In this document: piece after piece, positions 1 to 11,977 of the stretch
How positions within the stretch are numbered: position 1 is the first letter of the stretch
Layout: each line of letters opens with the position of its first letter
Source: the human T2T-CHM13v2.0 reference genome, Homo sapiens
Assembly: GCF_009914755.1 (NCBI RefSeq)
Contig: NC_060927.1
Length of the DNA stretch: 64,000 nucleotides
Reading direction: 5' to 3' (one strand)
Translations under genes and position numbers: made by a program
Notes under the pieces: generated by a model
What the model saw: the letters and a program-made list of their open reading frames with translations, nothing else
Database searches by the model: none
What the model was told of the DNA's origin: nothing

Positions 1-2721
1 AATTGGATTTGTGCGTCTGTGCCTTTATTTTGGGAAACCTTGCCTGTTCCCTGTGGGGGATGGGAGAGGAATGTGAAAAGCCGAAGTTGACCCAGAAAAG
101 GATGATTGAAGGTAGTTGTATTAAGTGGTGGCACCGAAATGATTCCACCCTGAACTTTCTGAAAGGGTGATTAGTGATCAGCAGCAGACGTTATAACTTT
201 CTCAAAATAAATTTATGGTAGATTTTCTATCTGGTCACAAGTGAGGAGGTGAAAGCTGCTTTTTGGGGCCAACTCTTTGCTTTTAAAGCAAGCTAAACGC
301 AATACCAGAAAGGTTTCCATTCTGTACTTAACCTGCTTGTCCTTCTCACTCTTCCTTATCCTCCCGCACACGCTCTGAGCATTGACTGAGCACTCTGAGG
401 AGGAGGCTGACTCAGGCTGACCCTTCCCGGCCCTGCAAGGCTCTAAGGTAGAACCAGTGTTATCACAGGAAAGGCCCAAGCCAAAGCTCAGAGCAGCTGT
501 TCCTGAGAAAGTGGGAGATGAGGATGAGTAGGAGGTAGAGATGCTTATAACTGCTCTGCCCAGAGAAAACTCAGAAGGTGCAGAAGAGTTTTCAAAATAA
601 AGTGCAGGCCCCATCAAGTAAAAAATGAAACATTGTATTTCATTAAAATGGTGATCAGTTTTCTCTTTTCATAAAAGACATTCAAATGGTGAGATTGTAA
701 AAAAAAAAAAAAAGAAAAAGAAAACTTTCTAATTCTCAAAAATAGAACAGCTTGAATAATAACTCATGGGTTTTGAAATGGGTCATCTTTTAAAATGGGT
801 CACTTTGGCTAGAATCATTGCACTTGGTGACTTTCACATTGTAAAGGGTCCAGTTCTTTCTGAGGCCCAATTGCACTAGAATCTGCATTTCAGAACACAG
901 GAGGTATCAGGAAGAAACTGGGAGAAATTCAGAGGGAAATTGTCTCTTCTCAGAGTAACAAAATGTCCCCTATTCAGGGGGAATTTTATATATGCTGAAG
1001 TAAATAGATCTCAGCTTTGAATTTTTATAATACATTATGCCTTTTCTGAAATATTTCCATAGCCATTATTTTAATGCATTGTTAGAATAACCTTGTAAGG
1101 AGAGGAATTCATTGTATCTGTGTTCCAGAAACTGAGGCACAGTAAATTACAAGAGCTCTGCCCTTTGATATCGAATCTCTGTGAGCGAAGATGTAACCAG
1201 AACAGTGTAAATCTAGAATTACTTTCCTTACGGTATGCAATATCTAATTATTATGTATTAGTTTACATATATATAGGGGATGTAAGAATCTTTATATTTA
1301 AAGGATAAGAAACTTGATCAGGTGAGATACAAGATTTGAATAAAAAAGCGATTTTTTAGAAACATTTTAATTCTACAAATTCAGTTGCTGGCTTTGATAT
1401 GTAACTTATTCAGATTTCTCTTCCATAGAAGGCTTTAACACTAGAAGCCAGTTCTCTACAAAAGAGAATGTTCTACCAAGTGTGTAGGCAACAAAGCCCA
1501 AAAGTTCAAGTTCAAAATACTGTTCTACAGCCTAAGATCCACCTAATATTTCAGATTTGACTCTTTTGCTCCTTTCCTATAACTTCCTATAACTTTTTCA
1601 TAGTGCTCTAAGCAAAGTAAGTTCAAGGATGGACTCACCTCAAGTTTCCTTCTCTTACTTTAGAGGACCATATAATCTTATACCTGTGTCATCCTAATTG
1701 AAATGTATTTTAAGTGCTTGTGGGAACAAGAATAACGGAAGACCGTTATTCCATTAATGGAATAATGGGGAACATGAGAAGGACCATATTCAGTCAATTA
1801 GGGATGATACTTCTGCCTCAACAGTATTTGCGATGTGTTAAATGGCCCTTAGCCATCAGATCAGTATTTTTAAAAACTCCTACCTAATTAATGTTTTTTG
1901 AGAAGAAGCATATTATGAGTATAGCTCAGTATTCTAAAAAGAAAAAAACCTGAAAAAAAAATCAGCCATCCATTAACTAACCCATCCTGGTAAAGCTACA
2001 CAAACAGATTCTAGAGAAAGGAAATTTGCACAGATGGAACATCTAATCTGGACTGACATTGTCAACAAGTTATCTCAAATGATCCTGAGAAAACACTGGT
2101 ACATGGTTTAGAGACAAGTCGAGCTCATGTGACTAGTAAATGGAGAGGCACAGTATACATCTACTTTTGTTGGCATTTAAACACTCTCGGCTTTTTTACT
2201 CTCTTTCACCACCATCAGGTCCAGATTCCAGCTTGCACTGGAATATTTATTGACCCTTTGATAGAAGAGCTACACCTGAAACATCTCTGAAGTCTTTTTA
2301 GCATCCTATCCTGCCCATGGCCTACTACACAGTATGTGATAAGTTAATGTTTGTTGAATTAGTTAAATATACGTATTAACCTACTTTCAGGGCTGCCCGC
2401 TGTAATGCCTAGAATAGGGCAGGCACTTAATAAATGGTAGTTAACTTAGACTAAATGTTGATCCACCAAGACAGAAACATGTTACATATACCTCTTGTTT
2501 TACACCATCTTCTACTTTTTGTACCTCTGTGTTATAAACCCTCTATCAAGTGTTGCTTCTAAAGACAATGTACAGAATGGGACGTAGGAACTGCCACTGG
2601 GCAACAGGCAGACACTGGGTTATATCGTCATCCTGTTTCTGAATCCTGGTTTTTCTTATTATTATTCAACCACAGCTAAACTTTCTGATCTCCTTTTTTC
2701 CGTTTTTTCCCTTTACCCTAA

Positions 2722-3157
<436 letters not shown>

Positions 3158-3218
3158 CACTTCACCCTTTAAGCCAGTTGAAATGCTCCTTGCCCTACTC
3201 CTCCCTTCTCCTTTTCTT

Positions 3219-3308
3219 TCTCCCATCCAAGTACTAACCAGGCCCAACCCTGCTTAGCTTCTGAGATCAGCCAGGATCAGGTGCATTCAGCGGGGTATGG
3301 CTGTAGAC
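3219..3308 (-). pseudogene. 5S rRNA retropseudogene, nt ~1-90 of 5S, 3'-truncated and without a poly(A) tail
   Basis: The reverse complement reads GTCTACAGCCATACCCCGCTGAATGCACCTGATCCTGGCTGATCTCAGAAGCTAAGCAGGGTTGGGCCTGGTTAGTACTTGGATGGGAGA. This is colinear with human 5S rRNA, with CpG-decay substitutions. Confidence 0.93.
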
Positions 3309-3486
3309 TTCTCTTTCTGAGCTGTGTCTTCCTCCTTTCCTCCCCAAACCCACATTTGAATTCTGTTCTAGCTCCTGCTCATTTGCCACCTCTCCCACAA
3401 AGCCTTCCCCAGTTTCCATCTTCTCCCTGCTTCCCTCATCTCAGAGGAAAGCTCTTCATTCACAGAGCACCTGGTTTGGGGTCCAT

Positions 3487-3998
3487 AGTTTGTTGTCCCT
3501 CAGTATCCTTGGGGAATTAGTCCCAGGACACCACCCCCCCGCCCCTGATATCCATGCATGCTCAAGTCCCTTATATAAAATGGTACAGCATTTATATTAT
3601 AACCTATGCAATATTCCCATGTACTCTTTTTTTTTATTTTTATGTGTTTAGAGATGGGTCTCACTCTGTTGTCCAGGCTAGAGTGCAGAGGCATGTAGCC
3701 TTGAGCTCCTGAGTCAAATGATCCTCCTGCCTCCGCCTCCCAAGTAGTTGGGATTACAAGTATGAGCTACCACACCTGGCCCATGTACTTTAAATCATCT
3801 CTAGATTACTTATAATAACTAATGCAATATAAATGCTATGTAAACAATTGTTACACGGTATTGTTTAGTGCATAATGACAAGAAAAAAATGTGCATGTTC
3901 AGTACAGACACGACCATAAATTTTTTTTTCAAATGTTTTTGATCTGTAGTTGGTTGAATCTGAGGATGCGGAACCCATGAACGTACACGACCAACTGC
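3487..3998. mobile_element. MER2 (TcMar-Tigger) DNA transposon fossil interrupted by an Alu monomer
   Basis: Matches MER2 blocks: gtccctcagtatcc..., gctcaagtcccttatataaaatgg, tttaaatcatctctagattacttataata, ggttgaatc...gatgcggaaccca. Confidence 0.8.
3626..3781 (-). mobile_element. Alu monomer (FLAM/FRAM-like) inserted in MER2
   Basis: Monomeric Alu sequence; TSD cccatgtact. Confidence 0.85.
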
Positions 3999-6900
3999 AT
4001 ATGGGTTTCTAATAACAGATTTGTGGATGAAGCCCACCCAACATAATGCAACATTTCAAATGTATCTTAGTCAGTTTTTCTGGGGCAAAGCCAGCCTAAC
4101 AAATCTCAAGAATGTTTGAAAAATTCTAGCTTGAGTGAACGTTGTTCTTCTAGTGACTCAAATAAAGCAGTCATTGTGTCTGAGGAGTCCTAGTGGGGTG
4201 GCAGGGGTGGGGCTAGGAGTAGTGGCTGTTTGTAGCATGTTTTATATCACATTAAAGGGCTGGGTATGCATTTTAGGCAATAATTCTTACTCTTATTGAT
4301 AGGAGAACTTGTATTTTTTATTCATCTACCTTATGATGGATAACTGGTTTACATCTCTTCATCAGGTTTACTTCTTACGTGTCATTTTATGAGCTGACTT
4401 TGAATATATCTTCAGATTTTCCCTGCCTTTACACATGAAAACGGTTTTGATACAGCTTTTTCATTAGAGAATGGCAGCTTTTCCAGGCCAGGGTGTCTGT
4501 GTCTGACTCCTCGCCTTTCATTTTACCCAATACTTGCTTAAAACATCCTCCCTGAGTCCGGTACTTTTTTGCCTCCTCTCCTTCCTTCCACCCCACCTCT
4601 TTTTGTCACCCTCCTGCGACTTTGGATCTCCATCCTTGGAGTCCCTGAATCTTTTTTGTGGTTGAAAGACTACACCCAAAGGACACAGACTGATGAGGTC
4701 ACTTCTGCCCACTGTCTAGTACTAGTGAGACCAAGAAGAAGAAGGAGGGAAAACTGAAATGGAAGGTTTGAAAAAGAGTGTGTTAGTGAAGGAAGTAAGA
4801 ACAGTGCTAACAGAATGCAGCAAAACAGAAATGACTTCACACTTCTGGCAGTGAAGCAAATTCTCATCCATCTTGGGTTGCTTCTCTTGACCCTGCCCAC
4901 CTCCTCCCCTGCCCTCCCCTCCCGATGAGAACTGCAGGAACACCTGTGCCCATGCCAAGGAAAAAGGGCAGGTGAGGAACACAGGGATGGGGCTGGGACT
5001 CACAAGCTGCTCTAAGCTGCCACAGGGTCTGGAATTTGTTGACATTACATGGTTAACTCGGTATCTCGATGCCTCAGTATCTTCTGCAAAATGTGGAGGG
5101 AGATCCTTTCTTCCTCAAAGGTTGTTGTAAGGCTTAAAGAGCTACCACATTCGTAAGGCATTTGGAACAGGGCCTGGTATATAGTAGACATACCCATGGT
5201 AGTAACTGTTGCTAGACTGGGTAAAAGGAGAAGTTTCTTAAGTAGGCAAGAAAAAAACTGACAACAGTTATATTTAAAAGAGCAAGCAACCGTGTCAGCC
5301 CAAACAAGTGTGTTGCAAGAATGAGCACAGAGGGCCAAGCTCAGAAAAGCGAGTGTTTGACCTCTCTGAGACCTCCTTTATATGTCAGCTTTTTTATTTG
5401 TTTCAAATTTTGCATAATCAAACTGGTTACTGGGAATTATTGAGTTCATATAACTTCCCTAAAATCTAAGAATAATCTATAATCCCATGCCACCAGTCCC
5501 GTTAATAAAGACTTAGGGTCTGTCTTTACCCATTTGTTCATTTGAAATTCCCCGTCTTTACTTCCCCCATAACCAGGAAACAGATCTACACCCATGTTTA
5601 ACTTATAAAGAGATATAAGTGAGTTTACATAGGTGGAGATCTTGTACCTGGATTCACATTGTAGGTTTTATTACCCAGCTTTCCCCTCTATCCCAAAGCC
5701 ATGATTGCCATAGTGGAATTTAAAGTCTTTGGACTAACACTGAATCAAGAACTAACTCTACAAATGTATTCTCTGCAGGAGGATAAGAATTCCAAATGGC
5801 TTCTAATTGTTGCCCATGGCTTGAAATAAAGTTCCATATAGCTAAAGCCCCAGCACAAAAACACTTGAAGACAGCCATTAGGTAGAATTTCTTTTCTTTT
5901 TTAGAGGTCTTATATTGGAAATGTAACAGTTGCAAAGATATCTAATGTTTCACCTTAAAATGTGAGTTATAAATTCACATTTCACATTGCCTCCTTCCTC
6001 CTTGAGCAAACAGACTAGGCAATTAGTACCAAATAGTAACTAGTTATATTTCTTAACACCGATTATTGTAAGTAATTTATTAAGAAAAAATCTAGGAAGA
6101 TCAAATTATAGCTTTTCCAGTAAATCTGGGGCTTTTTATTCCTGATCTCTCTCAACAAGGCAGTTTGGCTTCTGAAGATTGGTCCTAGCTATACTTAACA
6201 GGAAACAGATGACGAGAAGAAGCCAGGAAAAAATACTTGGAATATAGAACAAAATGCAGCATAAAGATGGTACAGAAGATTTTATCTTTCTTTCCTTTAG
6301 TTATGTGTGGACAGGAACTAAAAACTCTCCCACGTGGGACTTTATTAAGTAATAAAAGTTTAAATGTAAAAGATATAAAGGAATGAGGATATAAAGGAAA
6401 TTTTTTTAAAAACTGTGACTCACCGGAGGAGCCTTATATAGTCTACTTTCTAAGCATATCACTTTTAAAGGGATCATTATATTTTCATGATGCATGGGGA
6501 TATTCCAAGTATTAAATTGATTTTTTAAATGAAGAAAATTATCAGTTCAGTCTTGTTTTCTATGTAGGTTTCACTACAGTATTTTATTTCCCCCGCAAGG
6601 AAAAAACCAGAGCTAGAATGGAATGATTAAATTTCTTAGTTTTCTTCTAATCTGTTAGTCTTTCCATTAAATTATACTGCCTTCTTATATAGAATTTCTG
6701 GGTTTGTTCTTGTTTTGGCAATAATTGAAGTAAGAGAGGATGATTTTATGGTAGAGGTTTGATTCCATTCTAGATTGGTGTTTTTCAGCTATGTAGAACA
6801 CAATCCATTCATGGTTCAGACAACCGTTTTAGGAGGTTTTCATGTCCAGCATTAAAAAAAAAAAAAAAAGAATAGAATTGGGCATTCATATATATATATA

Positions 6901-7020
6901 TATATGAATATTTATTAATAAAAGTTTAAAAGATATAAAGGAATGAGGAATGCATATATATTATATATATATATACCAAATTAAAGTATCATAATACTAA
7001 TACAAGGATTAGTATCGTTT

Positions 7021-7152
7021 TATGATACTTTATTATATACACTAAGGGTTAGTCTTGTTTTATGATACTTTATTATATACACTAAGGGTTAGTCTTGTTT
7101 TATGATACTTTATTATATACACTAAGGGTTAGTCTTGTTTTATGATACTTTA
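7021..7152. repeat. Perfect 40-bp tandem repeat, 3.3 copies
   Basis: Unit tatgatactttattatatacactaagggttagtcttgttt is identical at 7021, 7061 and 7101, with a partial copy at 7141. Confidence 0.97.
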
Positions 7153-7234
7153 GGTTGGTATACATACATATACTAAGAATGCAGACATGTCCATGGAAGT
7201 TGGCAATATTCAGCCCCCAGCAGGCCCCAGTCAG

Positions 7235-7463
7235 CAGGACAGGGATTAGGGGAGTCAGGTGAGGCAGGGCTGTATAAGTGCAGGGTTGGAGCCTGTCTTG
7301 GTTTACCGTTTTGACATTTTGTTCACTGTGGATTTTTTTCAGTAACTTTGATTTTTTAAAAATATTGCATCAAAATATTATACTGACTACGGAGTTTTTG
7401 GTACCCCCTTAAATTGTGCACCTAAAATAAGTGGCTCCCTTGTCTCCCCCTAGTCCCGGCCCG
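7235..7463. mobile_element. Old hAT-type DNA transposon fossil (MER96B-like)
   Basis: Imperfect terminal inverted ends (gggattagggg... / ...ccctagtcccggccc) and a ccttaaattgtgcacc block. Confidence 0.5.
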
Positions 7464-10400
7464 ATCAGTATGTTTTATAGAGGGAATGGTGAGTGTTGGG
7501 GAACTAGGGAGCCCATGAGGAGGCGGCCCAGAAGGGGAGGAGGAGCTGATGGTGTGTCTGATGTCTCCTCCTTTCTCTAGGAAGCAGACAGGAGGTGAAG
7601 TCTTCAGGGTGGGGGGGACAGAGCCTGGGAGGGGGAGATTTAGCATGGCCGCTGAAGAGACTGGGAAAGGGAGAAGGTTCGGGACAAGTTCAGGAACAGT
7701 CACGTAGCACTGAAAACTGCTCAAAGCTAGATAGTGCCATTTGTGGTGACGCTGCCTGCCTGGTAAGTCCCATTTCCCCAGCAGCCCTGGAGGTGTCATA
7801 GGAACAGGAAGATGGGAGGGCGCTGGGGTCTGGGGTTGTTGGGGTGGGAGGGCAAAGGTGTCCAATGATTCTGCATCTGAAACGGGGGAGGTGTGTGAGG
7901 AAGAAAGGTCAGGAGACTGCTGGGCAGGGTGGGGTGGCAGAAGGTTCTCGATGAATATTTAGAAGTTGCAGCTGAGGAGTGAGTGTACTATAGAGTGAGT
8001 ATCCTGGAATTTGAGGTCTCAGAAGAAATGCAGTTCTCAGTGAAGCCATGTAAACAACTTCCTGGCTGATAAGGTGTCTTGAGTGTTGGGAGATCACATG
8101 ATCAAAATGGTATACACACCATAAGGTGTCCTTAGACTTGAGTGTGGTGTAAGTCTACTGAATAAAATGCAGAAATACAGTTCACTGTTGCTTTTCTTCC
8201 TGGAAATTGCCCTCCCCAACCTCAAACCAGCCCCCAAGTGGGGCAGGGTCCATCTTTAGACCCTCCTGTAGCACCCAGCACAACCCTAACTATATGGTCA
8301 ATGTCTCTCTTCCCCACTTAGAGCTCCAAGACCAGGGCCTTGTTTGTCCTGCTTACCCACTCTACCCATTTGTTAACCCCATCTTAATTTTCTGATGAAT
8401 GAGCCCTTTTTTCATTGACTCCTCCTTTCTCTCCTTCTCCGGAGTTTATTTTTCCTCCAGGCCCATTGCTGTCTCTCCACCTAGAGAGCTTATCCACATT
8501 CATGAAATTAGTCATCTTCATGCTCAGAGTACCCACCTGGATCTCTCCAGTCCTGTCTAACTCGTCTTAGATTATTACCCCCTGGACATCTGTACCTTCT
8601 TGTCTCTCCATCGCCTCGAACTCAATGCGAGTCTAAAATCAAATACTCCTTCACTCCTAACTCAGGAAACCAGTTTTCCCTCCCTTGTTGGTAATGCTTG
8701 AAATTAGCTCTTACTTCTCTTCTTCCTCCTTTACTCGCCATCCCAGGTCATTCATCAGGTCCTGCTAGGTCTTTGATTTTCTTGAAAGGGCCTTCTTTAT
8801 GCCTTCCTTCCGTCCCCATTTCCACCACCCTCGACTAGGCCTTCCTCACCTCATCCGGCATCAGTGTGAGCCCTTGAGAAACCAGCGTCCTGATCTTCAG
8901 GCATTCTGCATTTCACCCCATACCACCATTAGCCAGTTTAATCCCTCTTGCTCAAACTTAATAAATACTGAGCAAGGGAGTTACTATAACAAACAAAACC
9001 AGAAATTTCTATGACTTCCTGCTGCTTTCTGTACCCCCCTAAGACTCCTCTACCTGATTTTCAAGGTTCTCCATAAGCAGGTTCCCACCTCTCTGCTTTC
9101 AAATCTTCTATCTGCCATACACAGTTCTTGTCTAAAACAAAGATTGTTCCTACTCCTGCAGCCACCTAAATCCTAGTCGTCCTCAGGCCCTCCTAAAATC
9201 CTGACTAATCCAACCCCCACCGATTTCTCTACTAGTCCCAGAGACTTCCCTCTTGTGCCTGGGGTTGGTGTCATGCAGACACACTGTACCTTACCAGGAT
9301 TTGCCCATTGTTGTCTGTGGGAACTATGCTTTCATGTGGGAACTACGAGTCTTGTCACAAATAGAGTGTAAATGCTTTGAGATTGGAGACTGTAAAATAC
9401 TTCTTCATGATCTCCCACTGTGTCTGGTATAAGAACCCGCAGAGTAAATACTCATATACTTGTAGGATTAATTGAAACAACTGGAGACTGAGGTTGTTTA
9501 ACTTGTACTTAGAAGTGTGGACCTCCCCATCTTGATTAAAACTTCAAAACGGATAGCAGGTTTCACATATTATCTCAGCATCACAAAAGTAGACTCAACA
9601 AAGAAATGAGTTGACAGCAGGGGTAAGGTTTACAACAATCAGGGATTATTGCAGGGAAACTTGTAGCCTTTGGGTGTTCTAACTAGTTTTTTCCCAAAAA
9701 GTTTAAAGAGCTCTCTTGTGAAAGAATATTCTTATGAGTAACTGAGGGGCACGGCTCCTAGACTGAAAAGTATTTGGGATCTGTCACCTCTTTTCTGATG
9801 TTCCTACTTCTATTCTTTATTCTTCTGACTACCTCTATTAGAAAAGATAATACTAAGAATACCTGTCCCTTCTTCTCAGTCCAAATAGAAGCAAACCCAG
9901 GTTGTATCTGAGATATCTGCATATTTTCTTCTAAGCAATTCTTTGTCCTCTTCTCTCCCATGCTTTTTCTATTTCCTATTTTCAGCAGGCTCTGAAGTCA
10001 TTTATAATTTTTACTGCCCCTCGGTGACATTACATGGATATTCATCCCTGATTTGCAGATTAAAGCACCGAATCAGAGTGAGGTGAGGGTTGCCCAAGGT
10101 TACACAATAAATCTGGCCCCAAACAGGGGTAACCCTTGAGTTTCTAGTCTGTTGATTGGCCACTGACCCGTGCTGCAGGCACACAAAGGAAGCTGCACCC
10201 ACAGCAGTCTGTTGTGGATGGTTGCTGAGCTGCGCATTCGGCATTGGGCTTGCTTTGTTTCCTGCCAGGCCCAGCATTTTCTTCTACCAGATCGGCAGGC
10301 TTGTGGGCTTCTTCCTAGGTCCCTCCCCTGCACTCTGAATAGGAAAGCTGGAAGCTGTGCTTTAGAGAAGCTTTAAGACGCCGAAAGAAACCAGAAGAGT

Positions 10401-10610
10401 GAGCGCCAGTTGTATGTGCGTGGTCTCCATCCGCAAAGCCGGAGCTGGGCGCAACAGTGTTGACTTGTAATTGATCAATTTAGATCGGGCGCAGGCCGGG
10501 GGAGGGCAGTGCTTTTGATTTAGGCTGGGAAAGGCCTCCTAGTGACTATGTTCAATTTGGAGGAATTCAGATGTTCTTTTGTTATACAAGTGAAGCTGTG
10601 TAATACAAAT

Positions 10611-10702
10611 GAGGAGTTTTACTTTTCCTAAATCTTCCCCTTATCATTCAAGTATTGAGGAGTTTTACCTTTCCTAAATCTTCCCCTTATCATTCCAGTA
10701 TT
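10611..10702. repeat. 46-bp tandem duplication (2 copies, 2 mismatches)
   Basis: gaggagttttac[t/c]tttcctaaatcttccccttatcattc[a/c]agtatt occurs twice in a row. Confidence 0.95.
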
Positions 10703-10857
10703 ATCAGTGAGATCTGGTTGTGATTTATGTAAATGGTGGCTAAAAAATTCAAACTACTGAGGGGGAGAATTCTCATTTTACAGCTTCACATGCTGTGCTG
10801 AACTAAATAAGTAGCGTGGGATGTTGGCTTTGTGACAGGTCTTTTGTCATTTTTCAG

Positions 10858-11016
10858 AAAGCATTTTGACTTGTTGATGTCAATTTGGAACAGCTGAAAA
10901 AATACAGGAAAATAAGATAAATACGTACATGTTGAGGGTGGGGACAAAATGAAGGTTCTGAACCAGCTGCCGGCTTACAGTAGCCATATAAGCAACAGCA
11001 GCAATGCACCAACCTG
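10858..11016 (+). other. Candidate non-coding cassette exon of B3GNT5 (159 nt)
   Basis: Acceptor tcttttgtcatttttcAG| and donor CTG|GTGAGT, both near consensus. Confidence 0.45.
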
Positions 11017-11667
11017 GTGAGTAATAGGCCTGATTCACTGGAGAGATACTAGCACCTTTAATGAGTCAGATAGATGCACAATGGGTGTGGGAGCAGTTGG
11101 ACTTGTGGGCACAAAGTCTAGCAAGAAGCTCAGACTTGCAAACAACTGTAGTACGTGCAAAGCAAGCTGGCATTGGAGCTTGCCGGGCACAGCTGCTCAG
11201 GAATAGGCAGCTGGTTTTCCCTTTGATCCCTGAGATTCCAAAGGTTACTTTCCTCTTTGTTCCCTTCCCAGGGTCAATTAGAGTAGAAACTGCAGATGCT
11301 TTTCAGTTGAGAATTTTCCTAGAATTCTCAAAAATGTGTATGCTGGCTTAAAATCTGCCATCAAGAATTCTGTTACCTTGCTTTAAGCCTCCAGTTCCTT
11401 CCAGATGTATGGTGGAGGAGGCCAGAGGGCCCTTGTTTTGGGGCTTCAGAGGATGGTTGTTATCTGGATGAGCACTGTGGAAAGACTGAGAGAGCAACTG
11501 AGAGAAAGTGGGCCCCTGAATGAAAGTGATTTCGCAAATTTTAGGCAGATGCCACCATCAGAAACTGATATTTTCTGACGTCTTTCTCACCTTCCTCTAG
11601 AGCATTCAGTCCAGAAATGACCAGCCTGTCCAAAGGGGGAAATTACTGATATTGATCTGTTCCTTAG

Positions 11668-11977
<310 letters not shown>

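Noticed and set aside
213-617. 134-aa Ser-rich minus-strand ORF
   Set aside because: Low complexity, no recognisable domain, and not DH-like, so it is not the next MCF2L2 exon.
7021-7152. 40-bp direct repeats with a partial palindrome as a CRISPR-like array
   Set aside because: The units are contiguous and identical with no unique spacers, the context is eukaryotic, and there are no cas genes.
7422-7865. 147-aa Pro-rich minus-strand ORF
   Set aside because: A by-product of G/C strand skew, partly overlapping a transposon fossil.
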